From contig CBDUCC010000003.1 of assembly GCA_965365555.1 (NCBI GenBank), positions 1-32,607 of the forward strand: a stretch of DNA of 32,607 nt. Reading direction: 5' to 3'. How positions within the stretch are numbered: the first letter of the stretch is position 1; every line of letters starts with the position of its first letter. Of the stretch, positions 27,422 through 32,607 are shown piece by piece. This stretch comes from an uncultured Myxococcales bacterium (lineage in GTDB: Bacteria; Myxococcota_A; Polyangia; Polyangiales; Houyiibacteriaceae). The translations under genes and the position numbers were made by a program. Below the pieces are notes generated by a model. That model was not told where the DNA came from, made no database searches, and was given only the letters and a program-made list of their open reading frames with translations.

Positions 27422-28573
27422 CTACGAGATCTTGTCGCGAAGCGTTGAACGGGGCGGGGTGGATGCTTCCACTTCGCGCGCTCGGTGCTCCAGCGCCGCA
27501 GCACGTTGCATAGCGTTGGACGCCGGACGCATATCGAGGGTCTCGAGGACTTCGTTCCATCGGTACAACCAGTCGTGACGACGCAACATCTGGGTCATGT
27601 TGGCCAATCTTGCTGCGCGCATCCGATCGGGCTCGGCGTCGAGGGACTCGAGTAGCTTGACGATCCCAGCCGAACCGAATGGGAACGGAATCACGGCGTC
27701 AGGCCAATCGAAGTCCGAGCGGAACACGTCGCAGTCGGGAGGCTCGCCCACCAAGATTGCGCCCGCCGCAGCGCCCTCGAAGTACCTTGGGCCGAATACC
27801 TGCCCACCTTGGGTTTGTTCGGGAACGTTGGCTTTCGACCGATCTGCCATGAAATATCGGGCGCGCTTGATGAGGCTTGCCGTGAGCGACCGGTGTTGCG
27901 CGTGATCCTCAACGAAAGTCGTCCAGCGTGCGGAATCGTAGAAATAGTTGAAGCCAGGTGCGCCGTTCGCGCGCTCATAGAGTTCACGGTGAGCGACGGG
28001 CGAGCGTCGCCCAAGCGCATAGAAGTCGATCGTGCGAGGCGGAGGGCTCGGATACGGGCAGAACCGGAGGGCGTCGACGCCAAACGACTGGTAGCTGCAA
28101 GGGGGCCGTATGAGAGTCGAGAGCGGCCCCACGATGGCTGCATGGCTGACGAACACGTGGTCGAACTGGTCGAGAAGACTCAATGTCTTCGTGTCGCGCA
28201 GCCGCTCCATCCAGAACTCGTCGATCCAGCAGACCTTCACGGCACAGCGCTCTCGCCAGCCCTCGACAGCGTCGAGAATGCGAACGTCCTGTGGGTTCAT
28301 CACCCGAACGAAAAGGAGGTCGTATCGACCGCTCAGTCTCGTCTTCTCTGTCGTCGGACGGCGGTTAACGTCGATACCCCAACGTCGACGAAGCTGCCGA
28401 ACGGCGAGGGTTTCCCCGGGCAAGAGCCTCGGCTCAGAGAGCTGCGGAGCCACCATTTGGACATCGTCCACCGCGCAGACGACGTCTTCGAATTCGAACA
28501 TACTGGCCCAGCTCACATGGGGAGTGCGAAACCGATGGCTGACCATCAGGACCCTCGGACGTGCCTCGCTCAT
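27422..28573 (-). CDS. Glycosyltransferase, CgeB/Glyco_trans_1_2-like
   Basis: FGVDALRFCP, IDFYALGRR, FGPRYFEGAAAGAILVG, HDWLYRW. GAGGTGG RBS before ATG 28573. Confidence 0.72.
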   Translation of the reverse strand: MSEARPRVLMVSHRFRTPHVSWASMFEFEDVVCAVDDVQMVAPQLSEPRLLPGETLAVRQLRRRWGIDVNRRPTTEKTRLSGRYDLLFVRVMNPQDVRILDAVEGWRERCAVKVCWIDEFWMERLRDTKTLSLLDQFDHVFVSHAAIVGPLSTLIRPPCSYQSFGVDALRFCPYPSPPPRTIDFYALGRRSPVAHRELYERANGAPGFNYFYDSARWTTFVEDHAQHRSLTASLIKRARYFMADRSKANVPEQTQGGQVFGPRYFEGAAAGAILVGEPPDCDVFRSDFDWPDAVIPFPFGSAGIVKLLESLDAEPDRMRAARLANMTQMLRRHDWLYRWNEVLETLDMRPASNAMQRAAALEHRAREVEASTPPRSTLRDKIS

Positions 28574-28751
28574 CACCACCTCTTTTCAAGGTAGCCGCCG
28601 TATTTCGGGGTGCAACAAGAGAAGTCCTGCTGAGCGCTCTTTCATGAAGGCATGAGAAGGGGTCTGCGGAAGCGCTCCGCATCGCGCCGTCGAGCGACTT
28701 CGGTGAAGCCCGAGAGGGTTAATCGCAGCGACTCGGGCTGATCGGGCAGGA

Positions 28752-28886
28752 TCAACGCGAGGATCGCGCCAGACCGGAGGTACGCCGCCGGCGCGTGCGA
28801 CGTCGACGGGCGACCGCGAGGCCGAGGAGGCCTAGGCAAACCATTGGGTCCATCGGAGCCCCTTCGCCGCCTACGCTGCACCCACC
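28752..28886 (-). other. MYXO-CTERM-like C-terminal sorting signal
   Basis: GGC motif, short linker, hydrophobic segment, Arg-rich tail. Confidence 0.8.
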
Positions 28887-31800
28887 CGAGACGCTCTCCG
28901 CCCTGATGGGCGGGTCGGTCGGCCCGCCGAGGCCGCCATCGAACATCGGAACGCCCCCGTCGAGGTCGAGGTCCTCGATGCGGCAAAGCTGGGAGCAGCC
29001 GTCACCCACCTCGAGGTTGCCGTCGTCGCATTCCTCCTCGTCGTCCAGCATTCCATCCCCACAGAAGGGCGCCGACTCTGACCTGCAATCCGAGGAGCAG
29101 CCATCGCCGTCAACCAGGTTGCCGTCGTCACAGCTCTCGGCGCCGGTCACGAAGCCATCTCCGCATTCGGTCACGCGCAAGGAGCAATCGCTGGTGCACG
29201 AACCGTTCCCAGGTGGCTCGCACTCTTCCTCGCCGGTGCCGTTTACCTGACCGTCGCCGCAGAACTCCAAGATACAAGTAGCGGAGCAGCCGTCGCCGTC
29301 CTGGGTGTTTCCGTCTTCGCACTGCTCAGGAGGTGTCTGGAAGCCGTCACCGCATACGGGAGCTCGGGCCTTGCAATCGTCGCCGCAGAGCGCTGTGCCC
29401 GGAGGGTCGCACTGCTCGTCTGCGTCGTTGGCGACCCCATCGCCACAGTACTCGACCAAACAGGCCGCAGAGCAGCCATCGCCGCTGATACGGTTTCCGT
29501 CCTCACACTCCTCGGGCGACGTCAGATACCCGTCGCCACAGGTGGATCCTCGGAAGGTGCAGAACTCGGAGCACTCCGAGGTGCCAGGTGGTTCACAGGC
29601 CTCGCTCCCAGCATTGTTGACGATGCCGTCGCCACAGTACTCCAGCAGGCAGTTGGATGCGCATCCGTCGCCGTTCGCAGCGTTGGTATCGTCGCACTCC
29701 TCGGGCGGAGTCAGCAAGCCGTCCCCACAACTCGGATTGCGCTGGCGGCAGTTGTCTGTGCAGACAGTGGTACCCGGCGGCTCGCACTCCTCAGCGCCGC
29801 TGTCGTTGACGACTCCGTCGCCGCAGGTCTCGAACACACAGTCGACCGCGCAACCGTCACCACCGGTTCGGTTTCCATCGTCGCACTGCTCGGGTGGGGT
29901 GAGCAGGCCATCGCCGCACTGAGGCGTTCGAATCGCGCACAACGCGGTGCAAAGCGGTGTACCGGGCGGCTCGCAGCCCTCGCTTCCGCGGTTATTGACG
30001 ATTCCGTCCCCGCAGACCTCGACCCGGCAGCTCGAGCTGCAGCCGTCGCCATCGACGCGGTTGCCATCGTCGCATTGCTCTCTCGAGTCTCGCTCCCCAT
30101 CGCCGCACGCAGGTGGAATTTCGACGGCACAGCTTGCCGAGCACCCGTCTCCACCGGAGCGATTTCCATCATCACAGGCTTCGGGTGGCGTGAGGAAACC
30201 ATCCCCGCATACAGGCGTCCGGAAGGTACAGTCTTCCTCGCAACTGCTCGTGCCGGGTGGCTCGCAGTCTTCCGTCCCCGCACCGTTCACCACCCCGTCA
30301 CCGCAGAGCTCGAAGACGCAGGAAGACGTGCAGCCGTCGCCGTTCGCTGTGTTCCCGTCGTCGCACTGCTCCGGCGCTGTCTTAAATCCGTCTCCACAAA
30401 GCGGCGCGCGGTCCTTGCAGCCGGAAGTGCAGGTCGCGGTGCCGGGCGGATCGCAGTCTTCGGCACCTGCATCGTTGACGACGCCGTCGCCGCAAAACTC
30501 CGCTGTGCAGCTCGAGCTGCAACCGTCGCCGTTCGCGGTGTTTCCGTCATCGCACTGCTCGGGAGAGGTCCGGAAGCCATCACCACATGCCGGAGCTCTG
30601 AATTGGCAGTTCGCCGTACAGGTGGTCGTGCCCGGGGGCTCGCAGTCTTCGGCGCCTCCGTCGTTGACCACTCCGTCACCACAAGACTCTGCGATGCAGG
30701 CGGACGTGCAACCGTCGCCGGTCCTGGTGTTTCCGTCATCGCAGGCTTCGGGTGGGGTCAGGAAGCCATCGCCGCACACCGCTGGGCGAAACCTGCAGTC
30801 AGCACCGCACGCCGCCGTGCCTGGGGGCTCGCACTGCTCTCGCCCGGCGTTGTTGACCACGCCATCTCCGCAAAGCTCCGCGACGCAGGTCGAGGTGCAG
30901 CCGTCGCCGTTGGCCGCGTTCCCGTCCTCACACTGCTCGGGAGGCGTCTGAAATCCATCGCCGCACGTGGCCGTTCGCTCGCGGCAGTCGCTCGTGCACA
31001 GCGGGGTATTGGGGGGTTCACAGCTCTCCGAGCCACCACCGTTCACCACACCGTCGCCGCACACCTCCTCGGTGCAACTCGAGGTACAGCCGTCACCGCT
31101 CGTGAGGTTTCCATCGTCACACTGCTCCGGGGGCGTGACGAAGTCATCCCCGCATGTCGGCAAACGAACGCTGCAGCCATTGGTGCATGTAGCCGTCCCC
31201 GGCGGCTCGCAGGTTTCGGAGCCTCCGTCGTTGACCAGGCCATCACCGCAGAACTCGATGACGCATGCGGAGGTGCAACCATCGCCGTTTACCGAGTTTC
31301 CGTCATCGCACTGCTCGCCGCTGGCAACGTCTCCATCTCCGCAGACTGCCGAAGCGATCGTCCAGACGAAGCTGACCACGGATACCGAGGGTCCGTCCGA
31401 CGCACTCGCCGTGACCACTGCGGCACCGGCTTCCGACGGACGTCCCGAGATGACGCCGCTATCGTGGTCCACAGTCAACCCGGCCGGTAAACCCTCCGCG
31501 TCGAAGTAGAGCACGCCCCCGTCGGGATCGGTCGCGGCGAGCGCCAGTGATACGTTTTCGCCCGGCGCACCACTCTGCGAGCCTGGATTGCTGAGCACGG
31601 GCGACCTGTTGGGGTCTGCGGCGGGAAGGCGCTCGATCCAGGCGCCGAGCAGGTCGACCGCCGGCTGCTCAGGCAACGACTTGGCTAAGGGAGGCATCGC
31701 AATGGCGCCCACGGCCGCACTTCGCTGCCAGAGCGCGGACAGAACTGGATCGCCCGGATAGAGGACGACCGTGCCCGGCCTACCGAGATCCTCGCGGACC

Positions 31801-32606
31801 GGTGTCCAAAGGAAGTCTTGCTGGTCGAAGGGCGTGGTGAAGCGGGCGTCGAAGCCCGCATCGACTCCATCCGGCCGATGGCAGTAGCCGCAGTTCGAGT
31901 CGAGCCAGGACCTCGCCCTGTCTTGAAGGGGCGCCGAAACATCGGCGTAGGCAGGTGCCCTCGGCAGTGAAGACGTCGACGATGCCGAAACGCTTTGAGA
32001 GAGCATCCCGAGGTCGCTCCAGGTGACGAGTTGGTTATCGGTGCGACCGGAGCTCGGATAGCTGAAGTCACCATTGAGATGGTGCGTCTTCACGCCGAGC
32101 GCTCCTCCCGAGCTGTCCCGATGGCAGCTCAGGCAGTCGAGGCGGGATGGGAAGTACCAGGTCTGCGTCCGAGAGCCTCCGCCCTGCAGGTCGATGGAGA
32201 AGTTGGCTGTCGCGCTCGTGGTGAGAAGGTCGGCCTCTTGCTGATTGGAGCGCCAACGGTACGTGAGGCCATACCACTCGCCGTCGTCGCCAAGCACCAT
32301 GAAACGGGTCTCTAGCCGGGTGGTGACGCTCGGGTTCGACTCGTCGCGGGGAAGCTCGAAGTGCTTCATCAGAACGGTGCCCGTCGGAAACGTCCAGTCA
32401 CCGGTCGTCGAGAAGCCAACTCGCTCGGAGGCGCTGTTGCGATTCCCGTCGTTGGGCAGCGCGATGTAACGGAACTTGCGCGCACCGTCCGACCAGAACG
32501 GCTGGTTCAAGCCATAGGGCACCCAGTACGAGCTCGGGGTGGCAGCGTTCATGCTGGAGAACGCACCCGTTTGTGAGAGCAGTGATGGTGCATCGGCCTG
32601 TGGTTC
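28752..32606 (-). CDS. Giant surface protein, 5'-partial: diheme c domain + Ig-like (He_PIG) + 25 Cys-rich repeats + MYXO-CTERM; paralog of 1940..7981
   Basis: The frame is open to the window edge (EPQADAPSLLSQTGAFSS-MNAAT...). CLSCH (32121-32135), CGYCH (31878-31892) and MPPL. It shares segments with the left gene (PYGLNQPFWSDGA, TRLETRFMVLG, SWLDSNCGYCHRP). C-terminus GGCSVG...MVCLGLLGLAVARRRR. Confidence 0.88.
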   Translation of the reverse strand, partial: EPQADAPSLLSQTGAFSSMNAATPSSYWVPYGLNQPFWSDGARKFRYIALPNDGNRNSASERVGFSTTGDWTFPTGTVLMKHFELPRDESNPSVTTRLETRFMVLGDDGEWYGLTYRWRSNQQEADLLTTSATANFSIDLQGGGSRTQTWYFPSRLDCLSCHRDSSGGALGVKTHHLNGDFSYPSSGRTDNQLVTWSDLGMLSQSVSASSTSSLPRAPAYADVSAPLQDRARSWLDSNCGYCHRPDGVDAGFDARFTTPFDQQDFLWTPVREDLGRPGTVVLYPGDPVLSALWQRSAAVGAIAMPPLAKSLPEQPAVDLLGAWIERLPAADPNRSPVLSNPGSQSGAPGENVSLALAATDPDGGVLYFDAEGLPAGLTVDHDSGVISGRPSEAGAAVVTASASDGPSVSVVSFVWTIASAVCGDGDVASGEQCDDGNSVNGDGCTSACVIEFCGDGLVNDGGSETCEPPGTATCTNGCSVRLPTCGDDFVTPPEQCDDGNLTSGDGCTSSCTEEVCGDGVVNGGGSESCEPPNTPLCTSDCRERTATCGDGFQTPPEQCEDGNAANGDGCTSTCVAELCGDGVVNNAGREQCEPPGTAACGADCRFRPAVCGDGFLTPPEACDDGNTRTGDGCTSACIAESCGDGVVNDGGAEDCEPPGTTTCTANCQFRAPACGDGFRTSPEQCDDGNTANGDGCSSSCTAEFCGDGVVNDAGAEDCDPPGTATCTSGCKDRAPLCGDGFKTAPEQCDDGNTANGDGCTSSCVFELCGDGVVNGAGTEDCEPPGTSSCEEDCTFRTPVCGDGFLTPPEACDDGNRSGGDGCSASCAVEIPPACGDGERDSREQCDDGNRVDGDGCSSSCRVEVCGDGIVNNRGSEGCEPPGTPLCTALCAIRTPQCGDGLLTPPEQCDDGNRTGGDGCAVDCVFETCGDGVVNDSGAEECEPPGTTVCTDNCRQRNPSCGDGLLTPPEECDDTNAANGDGCASNCLLEYCGDGIVNNAGSEACEPPGTSECSEFCTFRGSTCGDGYLTSPEECEDGNRISGDGCSAACLVEYCGDGVANDADEQCDPPGTALCGDDCKARAPVCGDGFQTPPEQCEDGNTQDGDGCSATCILEFCGDGQVNGTGEEECEPPGNGSCTSDCSLRVTECGDGFVTGAESCDDGNLVDGDGCSSDCRSESAPFCGDGMLDDEEECDDGNLEVGDGCSQLCRIEDLDLDGGVPMFDGGLGGPTDPPIRAESVSGGCSVGGEGAPMDPMVCLGLLGLAVARRRRTRRRRTSGLARSSR
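28974..31343 (-). repeat. 25 tandem four-Cys Myxococcus-type (DUF4215-like) repeats, mostly alternating A and B types
   Basis: Type A is CGDG..E.CDDGN...GDGC...C (14 copies). Type B is CGDG.VN..G.E.CEPPGT..C...C..R (11 copies). The A+B unit is 63 aa (189 nt). Confidence 0.9.
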
Positions 32607-32607
32607 G

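Noticed and set aside
27142-27513. 123-aa plus-strand ORF as a novel small gene
   Set aside because: It is better explained as a fragment of the aminotransferase pseudogene reading on out of frame after the frameshift.
27809-28594. 261-aa plus-strand ORF (similarly 8259..9158, 15224..16114, 20328..21536, 23058..23870)
   Set aside because: Each fully overlaps a well-supported gene and has no recognisable motifs.
28795-31509. Plus-strand ORFs up to 471 aa opposite the Cys-rich stalk
   Set aside because: They are antisense shadows of the repeat protein.
1940-32607. Inverted paralogs as the ends of a composite transposon or invertible segment
   Set aside because: The similarity is protein-level with many synonymous differences. 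I found no transposase, recombinase or terminal repeats.

Overview
GC-rich bacterial window, probably Myxococcota (inferred from a MYXO-CTERM-like tail, Myxococcus-type Cys-rich repeats and a DUF1592/DUF1552-like pair). A ~21 kb surface-glycan locus (7941-28573) encodes GT2, GT4, GT-C and CgeB-like glycosyltransferases, a Wzx flippase, a Wzy/O-antigen-ligase-like protein and three sulfotransferases. It also encodes a GMC oxidoreductase with a Tat-type small subunit and an RfbF + SDR + C-methyltransferase CDP-sugar module followed by a decayed DegT-type aminotransferase. Two convergent paralogous giant surface-protein genes bracket the locus. The left is a ~2010-aa lipoprotein: GSDH-like propeller, diheme c domain, PA14, Ig, 14 Cys-rich repeats and 3 putative sugar-binding domains. 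The right is cut by the window edge: the same diheme domain, Ig, a 25-repeat Cys-rich stalk and MYXO-CTERM. I saw no RNA genes, CRISPR arrays or mobile elements. All family calls come from motif recognition by eye, not database searches.
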